Assembly (NCBI GenBank): GCA_002315915.1
Contig: DCIB01000009.1
Span: 47,529 to 111,528, forward strand
Reading direction: 5' to 3'
DNA from: Bacillales bacterium UBA1737
GTDB lineage: Bacteria > Bacillota_I > Bacilli_A > ML615J-28 > CAG-313
DNA: 64,000 bases
Positions 44,821 to 56,011 of this stretch are shown here, one piece after another. The position numbers and the translations under genes were made by a program. Every line of letters starts with the position of its first letter. The first letter of the stretch is position 1. The notes beneath the pieces were generated by a model. The model saw nothing but the letters and a program-made list of their open reading frames with translations, was not told the DNA's origin and ran no database searches.

Positions 44821-45890
44821 GAAAAGTTAAAAAAAATAAAGATTCGATTAAAAGTAGAATAATATTTTATATTTGTTTATCGAGTTTAGTTATTGCAACA
44901 ATAATAGCATTATTAATACTTATATTAGTATCTGAAAAGGTTATTTATGTTGATCAATCTGTATATTCATTATTATCACTTTATACTACAATATTTTTAG
45001 CTTGTTTAATAAGTGGTATTATAATAGGATCAACTATTGCATTAATTGGATTAAATCCAGTTCATTTAATGAGTAACGCAATCAAATCAGTTGCAGAAGG
45101 CAACTATACTGTTAAACTAAAAGAACTTCGTTTTAGATCTAGTTCATCGGAAATGAAAGGTCTTGTTAAAAGTTTTAATGAAATGGTTGATAAATTAAAT
45201 AAAACACAAACATTAAGTGAAGATTTTATATCTAATATATCTCATGAATTTAAAACACCACTTCATACAATATTAGGCTATGCTTCTTTATTAGATGATA
45301 ATAAAATAACTGAAACTGAAAGAAAATCTTATGTTAAAATAATTACTGACGCAATTACATCTTTATCAAATTTAGTATCTAATATATTAAAACTTAATAA
45401 ACTTGAAAAACAAGATATAAAAATAGAAGTATCTAGATTTAATTTAGATGAACAATTAAGAGAAGCTATAATATTATTACAATCTTTATGGGAAAACAAA
45501 AATATTAATATTGATTTAACAACTGATTTATTTGAAACAAAAATTAAATCTGATAAAGCATTATTACTTCAAGTATGGGAAAATTTAATAAGTAATGCGA
45601 TAAAATATTCAAAAAATAATAGTGATATTAAAGTTAGTATAAAAAATAGTGGATTAAATGTAGAAGTAACTATATCTGATAATGGTATAGGCATGAGTGA
45701 AGAAACTGTAAATCATATATTTGAAAAGTTTTATCAAGGTGATGTATCACATTCTAAAAATGGTAATGGTCTTGGAATGTGTTTAGTCAAAGATATACTT
45801 AATTTATTAGAATGTGAAATTGATATTAATTCAAAAATTGATGAAGGTACAGATATAGTAGTCACTATACCTTATTCTATAATGGAGTAA
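44817..45890 (+). CDS. Sensor histidine kinase (2 TM, HAMP-like, HisKA, HATPase_c)
   Basis: H-box SHEFKTPL and the N/G boxes (NLISNAIKYS, DNGIGM, GNGLGM). 4-bp overlap with the regulator. Confidence 0.8.
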   Translation: MRKVKKNKDSIKSRIIFYICLSSLVIATIIALLILILVSEKVIYVDQSVYSLLSLYTTIFLACLISGIIIGSTIALIGLNPVHLMSNAIKSVAEGNYTVKLKELRFRSSSSEMKGLVKSFNEMVDKLNKTQTLSEDFISNISHEFKTPLHTILGYASLLDDNKITETERKSYVKIITDAITSLSNLVSNILKLNKLEKQDIKIEVSRFNLDEQLREAIILLQSLWENKNINIDLTTDLFETKIKSDKALLLQVWENLISNAIKYSKNNSDIKVSIKNSGLNVEVTISDNGIGMSEETVNHIFEKFYQGDVSHSKNGNGLGMCLVKDILNLLECEIDINSKIDEGTDIVVTIPYSIME

Positions 45891-45894
45891 AATT

Positions 45895-47679
45895 ATGAAT
45901 AATATAATTAATGATAGAATTTTACAATTAAGAAAAATTATGGAACAAAATAAAATAGATTTATATTTTGTTCCAACATGTGATTATCATGATTCTGAAT
46001 ATGTATCAGATTATTTTAAAGAACGTGAATTTATAACAGGATTTACTGGTTCTAGTGGATATGCTGTAATAACAAAATTAGATGCCTTACTTTGGACTGA
46101 TGGAAGATATTTCATACAAGCTGAACAAGAATTAAAAGATACATGCGTAAAACTAATGAAGATAGATGAAAAAGATGTACCATCATTAAAAGAATATTTA
46201 TCTAAGAATAAAGATAATATATCATGCATGGCATTTGATGGAAAAACAGTATCTAGTTCATTATTTAAGATGTTTAAAGAATCTTTAAATTCTAATACAT
46301 TATTTTTATTAGATCATGATTATATAAATGATATTTGGACCAATAGAAAAGAACTATCTCATAATAACATTTTTGAATTAGATATTAAATATACAGGTTT
46401 ATCAAGAACTGATAAATTAAATTTAATAAAAGATAATTTAAATAAATTAAATGCAACTTCTTATATACTTACATCTCTTGATGATATCGCATGGCTTTTA
46501 AATTTAAGAGGATCTGATGTTTATTGTAATCCTGTATTTTTATCTAATTTATTAATTGATAAAGATACTATTTATTTATATGTTATGGATAATACAATAG
46601 ATAATAATTTATTATCTAAATTAGAAAATGATAAAATAGTTGTTAAAAATTATTTTGAAATTTATAATGATGTAGATTATTTAGATAAAGATTCAGTAGT
46701 TTTATTAAATAAGAATAAAATTAATTGTTTACTTGTTGAAAAATTATCTAAATATAAATTAATTAATGAATTAGATTTTACTTCTAAATTAAAAGCAATT
46801 AAAAACGATACTGAAATTAAAAATGCATATAAATATCATATTTTAGATGGACTATCTTTAACTAAATTTATTTATTATTTAAAACATAATAATAATTTAT
46901 GTAACGAAACTGAGATATCTGTTGCAGATTATTTAGAATCTTTAAGAAAAGAAAATGAAGACTTTATGGGACTAAGTTTTCCTACAATTGCAGGATACAA
47001 AGAAAATGGTGCTATAATTCACTATGAAGCAACACCTTCTTCAAATAAGATATTAAATAATGAATCATTTATTTTAGTAGATTCTGGAGCACAATATTTA
47101 GGATCTACTACAGATGTTACCAGAACTATTAGTTTAGGAAAATTAACAGATAAAGAAAAGAAGATGTATACTCTTGTATTAAAATCACACCTAGCACTAG
47201 GTGATGCTGTATTTAAAGAAGGAACTAATGGATGTAAATTAGATATGCTTGCAAGAGATATATTATGGAAAAATAATCTAGATTATAATCATGGTACTGG
47301 TCATGGCGTTGGCTCATTCTTAAATGTTCATGAAGGACCACAAAATATATCAAATGTCGCTCTTAGATCTTCATATCCATTTAAAGAAGGAATGATTACA
47401 TCTAATGAACCAGGATTATATTTTGAAAATGAATTTGGTATTCGTATAGAAAACTTAATACTATCTGTTAAAGATAAAGAAAATGAATTTGGTAATTTCT
47501 TAAAGTTTGATACATTAACTCTTGCTCCATATGATGTAGAAGCAATTGATCAATCAATGCTCACTAAAAAAGAAGTAGAACTAATTCACTCTTATCATGA
47601 AAGAATATATAATACTTTTAAACCATTTCTAAAAGATGATGAATTAAAATGGTTAAAAAGTGTTGTAGATGCTATTTAA
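45895..47679 (+). CDS. Xaa-Pro aminopeptidase (M24B, PepP-like, with N-terminal creatinase-type domains)
   Basis: 594 aa. M24 metal ligands present in ...DSGAQYLGSTTDVTRT..., HGTGHGVG and ...NEPG...E.... Confidence 0.7.
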   Translation: MNNIINDRILQLRKIMEQNKIDLYFVPTCDYHDSEYVSDYFKEREFITGFTGSSGYAVITKLDALLWTDGRYFIQAEQELKDTCVKLMKIDEKDVPSLKEYLSKNKDNISCMAFDGKTVSSSLFKMFKESLNSNTLFLLDHDYINDIWTNRKELSHNNIFELDIKYTGLSRTDKLNLIKDNLNKLNATSYILTSLDDIAWLLNLRGSDVYCNPVFLSNLLIDKDTIYLYVMDNTIDNNLLSKLENDKIVVKNYFEIYNDVDYLDKDSVVLLNKNKINCLLVEKLSKYKLINELDFTSKLKAIKNDTEIKNAYKYHILDGLSLTKFIYYLKHNNNLCNETEISVADYLESLRKENEDFMGLSFPTIAGYKENGAIIHYEATPSSNKILNNESFILVDSGAQYLGSTTDVTRTISLGKLTDKEKKMYTLVLKSHLALGDAVFKEGTNGCKLDMLARDILWKNNLDYNHGTGHGVGSFLNVHEGPQNISNVALRSSYPFKEGMITSNEPGLYFENEFGIRIENLILSVKDKENEFGNFLKFDTLTLAPYDVEAIDQSMLTKKEVELIHSYHERIYNTFKPFLKDDELKWLKSVVDAI

Positions 47680-47838
47680 TATATAAAAAAAGACTAATTC
47701 TATTTTAAGTAGAATTGGTCTTTTTAAGTGTAGAGAGAATAGTATTGAACTAATAATGAATACTTGATATACTTTTATTGACTAGATAATAGTCGTGTTC
47801 CCTTTATATAAAAGATGCAGAATAAAATTCTGCATCTT

Positions 47839-48492
47839 TTATTTATCTTCTTTATCTTCTTCGAATAATTTTAATAGACGTTCATCTTTTGCTTTATTAT
47901 AAGCTTTTTCAAAATAATAATAAATTATTACTATTATTTCAGCTAGTGCACCAACAAGTAAAGTATAAATTCTACCTGGTAAGTCATATGCCCAAAATAT
48001 AAAATAAGCAAGAATTGTTAATCCTAAAACGAAACCTGTAAATGATATAAATTCAATTCTTTTATTAAACCATAATCTAGCATATATAAAAAATACAAAA
48101 CAATTGATTGGTATTGCATATAAAAATGTAAGCCAATCATTTTTAAATACACCGCCTAATAATTTAAAAACAAGGAATATAATAGATGCTCCTAGCCAAA
48201 TAATTAATGCAGAAATTAATGCTATTAATAAATTTGTTGATTGTTTTGAATATGCTGCATTTACTGGTTCTTCACTCAAATGTAATAAATCAGTTATTTT
48301 AATATTAAATAGATCGGCTATTCTATATAATGTATAAATATCTGGGACAGCATCACCTCTCTCCCATTTAGAGATGGCTTTATCCGAATAATGTAATTTA
48401 TATGCTAGATCTAATTGTGTTAAACCGTTGGCTTTTCTATATTTAATTATGTTTTGTGCAATAATATTTCTTAATTCATCTTCTTTAATCAT
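47839..48492 (-). CDS. Membrane-anchored XRE-family transcriptional regulator (N-terminal HTH followed by ~3 TM)
   Basis: HTH GLTQLDLAYKLHYSDKAISKWERG, then hydrophobic segments. Confidence 0.6.
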   Translation of the reverse strand: MIKEDELRNIIAQNIIKYRKANGLTQLDLAYKLHYSDKAISKWERGDAVPDIYTLYRIADLFNIKITDLLHLSEEPVNAAYSKQSTNLLIALISALIIWLGASIIFLVFKLLGGVFKNDWLTFLYAIPINCFVFFIYARLWFNKRIEFISFTGFVLGLTILAYFIFWAYDLPGRIYTLLVGALAEIIVIIYYYFEKAYNKAKDERLLKLFEEDKEDK

Positions 48493-48616
48493 AATTTTAT
48501 TTTACACCATTTTTTAAAAGCATTTAATATTTTATGTAAAAATATTTTAAAAATATTTTAATAATGATATAATAATTTTAGTTTTAAAACTAACTATATA
48601 TAGGAGGTATAAATAA

Positions 48617-49051
48617 ATGGAAAAAGAAATTCCAATAAGTTTGCTGATGCATTTTTGTAGTAAGAAATTTAAAAATGTAATTAGGAATAAATGTGACTTA
48701 ATAGGATTAAACTCTACATATTCAGATATTATTATGTTACTTGGCAGAAACAATGGTGTTTCTCAAAATGATATATGCGAAAAACTTCACTTAGCTAAAC
48801 CTACGGTATCTTTAACTTTAAGAAATATGGAAAGTTTAAATTTAATAGAAAAAAATCAAGATTTAAATGATTCAAGAAAAACAATAGTTACATTAACTAC
48901 TGAAGGTATTAATATTGATAATAAAATTAGAAATTTATTTAAAGAAACAGAAAATGAAATGATTAATAATATTAATAGTGATGAATTAACTATGTTTAAA
49001 AAAATTTTAAATAAGATGACTGAAAACTTAGAAGGTGAACAAAATGTTTAA
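48617..49051 (+). CDS. MarR-family transcriptional regulator
   Basis: 144 aa. The winged HTH pattern ...ICEKLHLAKPTVSLTLRNMESLNLIEK...DSRK... is typical of MarR. Confidence 0.65.
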   Translation: MEKEIPISLLMHFCSKKFKNVIRNKCDLIGLNSTYSDIIMLLGRNNGVSQNDICEKLHLAKPTVSLTLRNMESLNLIEKNQDLNDSRKTIVTLTTEGINIDNKIRNLFKETENEMINNINSDELTMFKKILNKMTENLEGEQNV

Positions 49052-50786
49052 ATTATTAAGATATTTAAAAAAATACTGGATATTTGCTGTATTAGCACCT
49101 ACTTTTATGATAATAGAAGTACTTATGGATATGGAATTAACTAAACAAATGCAACAAATGATAGACTATGGAGTATCAAGTGGAAACTTAGATAAAATAT
49201 TATCTATTGGTGGAAAAATGATATTAATAGTATTAGTTGGAGTTATTGGTGGATTCTTTAGCGGGGTATTTGCTAATATTGCATCTTGTAATTTTGCTAA
49301 TGATTTAAGAGAGGATTTATTTAGCAAAATAATGAAACTATCTTATAATCAAACAGATAAATTTGAAACATCTTCATTAATTACAAGAGTAACAAATGAT
49401 ATTACTCAAATGCAAAACTTTGTTAATCAAATAATAAGAATGTTTATTAGATCATTTGGTATGCTTGCTTTAGGTATTATATTTACTTTGCAAATAGATT
49501 CTAGATTTTCTATTATTTTAGCTATCACTTTACCTATTGAGCTTTTATTTATGATAGTAATTGCTTTAAAAATGTTTCCAAAGTTTTCTATTATGCAAAA
49601 AAGATTAGATAAAATCAACTTAGTAGTTCATGAAAATTTAACTGGAGCTCGAGTTGTTAAAGCTTTCTCAAAAGAAAACTATGAAATAGATAGATTTGGT
49701 AAAGCAAATGATTCATATGCTGATATATTACTTAAAGTAGGTAAAATCATAGCATTACTTGCTCCTTTATTTATGTTATTAATATATGCTGCACAACTTG
49801 GAATTTATTCAATAGGTGGAACAGAAATATTTGCTGCATGGAATGATGGTGTTACACCTTCTATTTCAGTTGGACAAACATCTCAAGCAATTACTTATAT
49901 CGTAATGATTTGTATTTCGCTTATTACTTTTGCGATGGTATTTTCAACTATTGCAAGAGCATCAGCTTCTGCTAAACGTATAAATGAAGTTTTAGATTGT
50001 AATTTAGAAATAAATGATGGTAATTTAGATGTTTCTTCTTTAAAAGAAAAAGGAACAGTCGAATTTAAAAATGTTTCATTTACTTATCCAGAATCAAGTA
50101 ATAGTGTTTTAGATAATATCAGTTTTAAAGTAAATAAAGGTGAAACTATTGCAATAGTTGGTGCTACAGGATGTGGAAAAACATCTTTAGTTAATTTAAT
50201 AACTAGATTTTATGATACAACTTCAGGAACAGTATTAGTAGATGGTGTAGATGTAAAGAATTATTCTCAAAAAGACTTAAGAGATAAAATTGCTGTATCA
50301 TTACAAAAATCAGAACTGTTTGCAGGTACTATTAAAGAAAATATTAAATGGGGAAAACTTGATGCAACAGATGATGAAGTTTATAATGCATCAGAAATTG
50401 CCCAAGCATTAGAATTTATTGAATCGCGTGATAAAAAATTTGATGAATATGTTGAAGAAAAAGGAACATCTTTATCTGGTGGACAAAAACAACGTTTATC
50501 AATTGCTCGTGCAATTATTAAAAATCCAGAAATATTAATATTTGATGATTCTACATCTGCATTAGATTTAGTAACAGAAGCTAAACTTTATAAAGCAATG
50601 CGTACTAAGATGAAGGATACAACAAGAATTGTTGTAGCACAAAGAATTGCTACAGCTAAAAATGCTGATAAAATAATAGTTTTAGATTCTGGTCATATTG
50701 TTGATTTTGATTCTCATGATAATTTAATGAAAAATTGTGAAATATATCAAGATATTTATAATTCACAATTAAAGATGGAGGCATAA
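49035..50786 (+). CDS. ABC transporter permease/ATPase, half of a heterodimeric exporter
   Basis: 6 TM plus NBD with Walker A GATGCGKTS, signature LSGGQKQR, Walker B ILIFDDSTSALD. Confidence 0.8.
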   Translation: MNKMFKLLRYLKKYWIFAVLAPTFMIIEVLMDMELTKQMQQMIDYGVSSGNLDKILSIGGKMILIVLVGVIGGFFSGVFANIASCNFANDLREDLFSKIMKLSYNQTDKFETSSLITRVTNDITQMQNFVNQIIRMFIRSFGMLALGIIFTLQIDSRFSIILAITLPIELLFMIVIALKMFPKFSIMQKRLDKINLVVHENLTGARVVKAFSKENYEIDRFGKANDSYADILLKVGKIIALLAPLFMLLIYAAQLGIYSIGGTEIFAAWNDGVTPSISVGQTSQAITYIVMICISLITFAMVFSTIARASASAKRINEVLDCNLEINDGNLDVSSLKEKGTVEFKNVSFTYPESSNSVLDNISFKVNKGETIAIVGATGCGKTSLVNLITRFYDTTSGTVLVDGVDVKNYSQKDLRDKIAVSLQKSELFAGTIKENIKWGKLDATDDEVYNASEIAQALEFIESRDKKFDEYVEEKGTSLSGGQKQRLSIARAIIKNPEILIFDDSTSALDLVTEAKLYKAMRTKMKDTTRIVVAQRIATAKNADKIIVLDSGHIVDFDSHDNLMKNCEIYQDIYNSQLKMEA

Positions 50787-50787
50787 T

Positions 50788-52716
50788 ATGAGTAAAAATA
50801 TGATGAATAATGTTTCTATGATGTCTCGAAAATTATCTGATGAAAAAATCAAGTCAATGCAACAAGCTGAATCTAATAAAAGAGGTCCTAGTTCTAGATA
50901 TGGTGGTATTAAAGAAAAACCTAAAGATTTAAAGAAAACTATTAAACAATTATTAAGTTATGTTTCAAAAGATAATAAATCTATTATATATTTAGTAATT
51001 ATTGTAGTTATTTCAACATTACTAAATCTATCTGTAAATATATTATTAGAAAAGATTATCGCAAGTTTAGGTGTTTATGATTTTGAATCATTAGCTTGGA
51101 CAAAAGCCCCAGATATTAATAATTTTATTAAATTTATAATAATTTTAATATGTGTATATTTAACTCATTGTTTTTTACAATACTTCTCAGGTTGGATTGG
51201 AACAAAACTTGGAATAAATACTGGTAAAAAAATGCGTAATGAACTAATTAATATAATTATTAAATTACCAATTAAGTATACTGATTCTCATCCACATGGA
51301 GATTTAATGAGTAGAGTAACAAATGATGTTGATAATATTACTAATGCAGTAAGTCAAACACTTGCATCACTTATAAGTGGAGTAATAACTTTAGTAGGAT
51401 GTGTATGTATAATGCTTTATTATTCACCACTTTTAACTTTAGTATCATTTATTACTTTAATATTATCATTTACATTTACTATGCTTATGAGTAAATTTAT
51501 GAGACCACTTTTCTTAAAACAACAAGGAGTATTAGGATTATTAAACTCTCAAACAGAAGAAATGGTATCTGGATGTAAAACTGTTATCGCATATAATCAT
51601 CAAACTGTTGCTGAAAATGAATTTAACTGTTTATCTGAAGATTTAAAACATATAGCTATTAAAGCAAATATATGGGGTGGATCAATGGGACCTATAATGA
51701 ACTTTGTAGGAAATGTCGGATATTTCTTAGTATGTTTCTTTGGTGCAATATTTGTTACTAAAGGTATAGGTAATGGATTATTTGGTAATATACTTACAAC
51801 ATCAGTTGTTATTACATTCTTAACTTTAAATAAACAATTTACTAGACCAATAAATGAATTAGCTCAACTTTATTCAACAATGTTAACTGCATTAGCAGGA
51901 GCAGAACGTGTATTTACATTACTTGAAGAAGAAACTGAATCTTTTGAAGGTAAAATATCTTTTAGTTCAGATAAAATGATAGGTAATATTGATTTTAATC
52001 ATATAGGATTTAGTTATGTTGAAGATAAACCAGTATTAAAAGATTTTAATGTCGATGTTAAAAGTGGACATAAGATTGCATTAGTAGGGGCAACAGGATC
52101 TGGTAAAACTACTATTGTTAATTTATTACTTAGATTTTACGATATAAATAAAGGTAAAATTACTATTGATGGAATAGATATAGCTGATATGTCTAAAAAA
52201 GACTTAAGAGATGCAATATCAATAGTTCTACAAGATGCAGTCTTATTCTCTGATACAGTTGAAAATAATATTAAATATGGTAAAGAAAACGCAACAGAAG
52301 AAGAATTTAATAACGCATTAGAGATGGCACATTGTACAAGTTTTGTAAATAGATTACCTGATAAAGAAAAAACAATGTTATCAGAAGGAGCTACTAATAT
52401 TTCTCAAGGCCAAAGACAATTATTAACAATAGCAAGAGCAATACTAGCTAATCCTAAAATATTAATATTAGATGAAGCAACATCAAGTGTTGATACAAGA
52501 ACTGAAAAAAAGATCCAAGATGCTTTAGTTAATTTAATGAAAAATAGAACATCAATAATAATTGCACATAGATTATCTACTATTCAAGATGCTGATTTAA
52601 TAGTAGTATTAGATCAAGGAGTAGTAGTAGAAATGGGTAATCATAAAGAACTTATTGATAAAGATGGTGTATATAACCGTCTATATCAAACTCAATTCCA
52701 AGGATTAAGTATATAA
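50788..52716 (+). CDS. ABC transporter permease/ATPase, second half of the heterodimeric exporter
   Basis: Walker A GATGSGKTT, degenerate signature LSEGATNISQGQRQ, Walker B LILDEATSSVD. Confidence 0.8.
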   Translation: MSKNMMNNVSMMSRKLSDEKIKSMQQAESNKRGPSSRYGGIKEKPKDLKKTIKQLLSYVSKDNKSIIYLVIIVVISTLLNLSVNILLEKIIASLGVYDFESLAWTKAPDINNFIKFIIILICVYLTHCFLQYFSGWIGTKLGINTGKKMRNELINIIIKLPIKYTDSHPHGDLMSRVTNDVDNITNAVSQTLASLISGVITLVGCVCIMLYYSPLLTLVSFITLILSFTFTMLMSKFMRPLFLKQQGVLGLLNSQTEEMVSGCKTVIAYNHQTVAENEFNCLSEDLKHIAIKANIWGGSMGPIMNFVGNVGYFLVCFFGAIFVTKGIGNGLFGNILTTSVVITFLTLNKQFTRPINELAQLYSTMLTALAGAERVFTLLEEETESFEGKISFSSDKMIGNIDFNHIGFSYVEDKPVLKDFNVDVKSGHKIALVGATGSGKTTIVNLLLRFYDINKGKITIDGIDIADMSKKDLRDAISIVLQDAVLFSDTVENNIKYGKENATEEEFNNALEMAHCTSFVNRLPDKEKTMLSEGATNISQGQRQLLTIARAILANPKILILDEATSSVDTRTEKKIQDALVNLMKNRTSIIIAHRLSTIQDADLIVVLDQGVVVEMGNHKELIDKDGVYNRLYQTQFQGLSI

Positions 52717-52821
52717 AAAAAGATATTGTCTAATTATATTAGACAATATCTTTTCATTTATTTATAAGTATAGAAACAACATATTTAAAATGCTATAATA
52801 AATATATAAGGAAAACTAAAT

Positions 52822-53622
52822 ATGAACTTTAAAAGATGTAATACAAAAATACCTCTATTAGATGATTATTATGAACATTTTAATGAAGATACAAGACTAA
52901 AAACTCGTCATGGAAATGTTGAATTTATTACTAATATTAAGTATATTCATGAAACATTAAATAATGATTTTAATAAAAAAATATTAGATATCGGTGCAGG
53001 AACAGGTGCTTATTCTATCCCGTTAAGTATGGAAGGGTACAATGTTACTGCTGTAGAACTCGTAAAACATAATTTAGATCAAATAAAAGATAAGAATTTA
53101 AACATTAATTGTATATTAGCAAATGCAATAGATTTACAAATGATTGATGATGAAACATATGATTTAGTACTTTTATTTGGACCAATATATCATTTAATGA
53201 ATAATAATGATAAATTACTTGCTATAAAAGAAGCAAAAAGAGTATTAAAAAAAGATGGTACTTTATTCATAAGTTATTACATGAATGATTATGCTGTATT
53301 AACATATGGCTTTATTAAAGGTAATATACAAGAATCAATTAATAATAATTTAGTTGATAATAATTTTATTATTCAATCAAAAGAAGATGATTTATTTAGT
53401 TTTGTAACTTTAAATGATATTAATGATTTTAATAAAAAATTAGATCTTAAAAGAATAAAGATTATTGCATCTGATGGAGCAAGCGATTATATTAGAACTC
53501 CACTTAATAAATTATCAGATGAAGATTATAATTTATATATAAAATATCACTTATTAAATTGTGAAAGAATTGATTTACTTGGTGCTAGTTCCCATTTATT
53601 AGATATTGTAAAAAAGAATTAG
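52822..53622 (+). CDS. Class I SAM-dependent methyltransferase
   Basis: Motif I ILDIGAGTGAYS. 266 aa. Confidence 0.6.
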   Translation: MNFKRCNTKIPLLDDYYEHFNEDTRLKTRHGNVEFITNIKYIHETLNNDFNKKILDIGAGTGAYSIPLSMEGYNVTAVELVKHNLDQIKDKNLNINCILANAIDLQMIDDETYDLVLLFGPIYHLMNNNDKLLAIKEAKRVLKKDGTLFISYYMNDYAVLTYGFIKGNIQESINNNLVDNNFIIQSKEDDLFSFVTLNDINDFNKKLDLKRIKIIASDGASDYIRTPLNKLSDEDYNLYIKYHLLNCERIDLLGASSHLLDIVKKN

Positions 53623-53635
53623 AGAAAGGATTAAT

Positions 53636-56011
53636 ATGATTACTAAAACATTTTATTTAAAAGGTATGTCTTGTGCAGCATGTAAATATCATGTTACAAA
53701 TGCAATTAAAAATATTAATGGTGTTGAAAATGTTTTAGTAAACTTAGTTAATAATGATTGTATTATTACATTTAATGAACAATTATGTTCATTAAATGAA
53801 TTTAAATTATCTCTAAATAAAATAGGATATGATATTTCAGATATAAAATTTTTAGATAATAATAAAAATTATAGATTATTAAAAATAATTATTTCATTTT
53901 TATTATTAATAATTGTTTTATATCTAAGTATGGGTGAAATGATTGGTTTAAGATTACCGATATTTATAAGTAAGAGTTTAAGTCCTTTTTATAATGGATT
54001 ATTTCAAATAATATTCACTATACCAATTTGTATATTAAACTTTAATTTTTATAAAAGTGGTATTACTAAATTATTTAAATTTATTCCAAATATGGATTCA
54101 CTTATTAGTATTGGATCAATATGTTCATTAATATATGGAATATATGATGTTATAATGATCTATTTTGGCCATTTAGAATATGAAAATATGCTGTATATTG
54201 ATTCTTGTGGTATGATTTTATGTTTTGTTTCATTAGGTAAATATTTAGAATTTATATCCAAAAATAAAACTATTTTAGAAATAGATAAAATAAAATCATT
54301 AAAACCAACTATATGTACATTGTTAAAAGATGAAGAAGAGGTTTTAACAAATGTTGATAATGTATCAATAAATGATACATTTGTTGTAAAAGTTGGTGAA
54401 CAAATACCACTTGATGGAATAATTATTAAAGGGAATGGAGTAGTTAATGAATCAAGTATAACTGGAGAGTCACTTCCAGTAGATAAAAAAACTAATGACA
54501 CAGTTTTTGCATCAACTTTATTACTTGATGGATATTTAATTTGTAAATCAACTACTTTATCTAATAATACTGAAATTGCTAATATTATTGATTTAGTTTT
54601 ATCTTCATCTTATTCAAAATCTAATATTGAAAATATAACAGATAAAATATCCAAATATTTTGTTCCAATAGTATTATTAATATCATTAATTACTTTTATC
54701 AGTTGGATACTTATATCAAATGATTTTGAAACAGCATTTAATAATAGTATTACCTTACTTGTAATTGCTTGTCCTTGTGCATTAGGGCTTGCAACACCTG
54801 TTAGCATAATGGTTGCAACAGGTGTTGCAGCTAAAAATAAAATTATATTTAAAAATGCTACTATATTAGAAAATGCACGTTTGATTAATAATATAGTATT
54901 TGATAAAACGGGTACTCTTACTAAAGGAAATTTAAAAGTTGTTAAAGTAAATATAATAAATCATGATATTGATAATTTAGGATTAATTTATTCTATTGAA
55001 AAATTATCAAATCATCCTATTGCAGAATCTATTAAATCTTATTTAAAAGCCTTATATCCTAATCTTTATGATATAGTTGATTATAAGATATTAATAGGAT
55101 CGGGTATAGAATGTAGGTATAATAATGATTCATACTATATAGGTAAACAAACTTCTGTAACAAAAGATTTTAATAATCATTATACAAAAATTATATTTAC
55201 TAAAAATAATGAATTATGTTGTGAAATATTCTTAGAAGATGAACTAAGAGAATCAAGTAATAAAGCTCTTTTATTACTTAAAAAATTAAATATTAAAACT
55301 TCTATATTATCAGGTGATAATAGTAATGTTGTATCTTATATTTCATCAATATTAGGCATTGATTCATATAAATCTAATTTACTTCCTATTGATAAATTAA
55401 ATACTATTAAGGACTATAAAAAAACCGGCGATTTTGTATGTATGGTAGGTGATGGTGTTAATGATTCACCTAGTATAATAGAGTCAAATATAGGTATTTC
55501 ACTTGGAAATAGTACAAATTTATCTTGTTTATCTAGTGACATTGTTTTATTATCCAATGATTTAGTAGATATTTTTAATGCAATAAAACTATCTAAATTA
55601 ACATATAAAACTATTCTTTTATCATTATTTTGGGCTTTTTGTTATAATATTTTTGGAATTATTATATCAACTGGTATTACACCTTTAAAAATAAATCCAA
55701 TGATTGCGTCAATTTGTATGAGCATATCAAGCGTATTAGTTGTTACAAATGCATTATTAATTAATAGATTTAAACCAATTATTTATCAAGAAAAAATTAA
55801 TGAAGCAATCTTTAGAATTGATAAAATGATGTGTAATCATTGTGAAATAAAAGTTAATAATATTACAAGATTAATACCACAAGTTAAAGATGTTTCATCA
55901 TCTTATAAAGATAAAATGTTAAAAATTAAATACATAAATAATTTAGATATTGATTTATTAAAAGAATTATTATCTAAATCAGGTTATGAATTAAAAGAAA
56001 GAATTAAATAA
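53636..56011 (+). CDS. copA: Cu(I)-type P1B heavy-metal translocating P-type ATPase with HMA domains at both the N- and C-termini
   Basis: N-terminal GMSCAACKYHV, CPC in TM6, DKTGTLT, SNHPIA, GDGVNDSP, TM7 YN, TM8 MSISS. C-terminal extra MMCNHCE metal-binding domain. Confidence 0.8.
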   Translation: MITKTFYLKGMSCAACKYHVTNAIKNINGVENVLVNLVNNDCIITFNEQLCSLNEFKLSLNKIGYDISDIKFLDNNKNYRLLKIIISFLLLIIVLYLSMGEMIGLRLPIFISKSLSPFYNGLFQIIFTIPICILNFNFYKSGITKLFKFIPNMDSLISIGSICSLIYGIYDVIMIYFGHLEYENMLYIDSCGMILCFVSLGKYLEFISKNKTILEIDKIKSLKPTICTLLKDEEEVLTNVDNVSINDTFVVKVGEQIPLDGIIIKGNGVVNESSITGESLPVDKKTNDTVFASTLLLDGYLICKSTTLSNNTEIANIIDLVLSSSYSKSNIENITDKISKYFVPIVLLISLITFISWILISNDFETAFNNSITLLVIACPCALGLATPVSIMVATGVAAKNKIIFKNATILENARLINNIVFDKTGTLTKGNLKVVKVNIINHDIDNLGLIYSIEKLSNHPIAESIKSYLKALYPNLYDIVDYKILIGSGIECRYNNDSYYIGKQTSVTKDFNNHYTKIIFTKNNELCCEIFLEDELRESSNKALLLLKKLNIKTSILSGDNSNVVSYISSILGIDSYKSNLLPIDKLNTIKDYKKTGDFVCMVGDGVNDSPSIIESNIGISLGNSTNLSCLSSDIVLLSNDLVDIFNAIKLSKLTYKTILLSLFWAFCYNIFGIIISTGITPLKINPMIASICMSISSVLVVTNALLINRFKPIIYQEKINEAIFRIDKMMCNHCEIKVNNITRLIPQVKDVSSSYKDKMLKIKYINNLDIDLLKELLSKSGYELKERIK

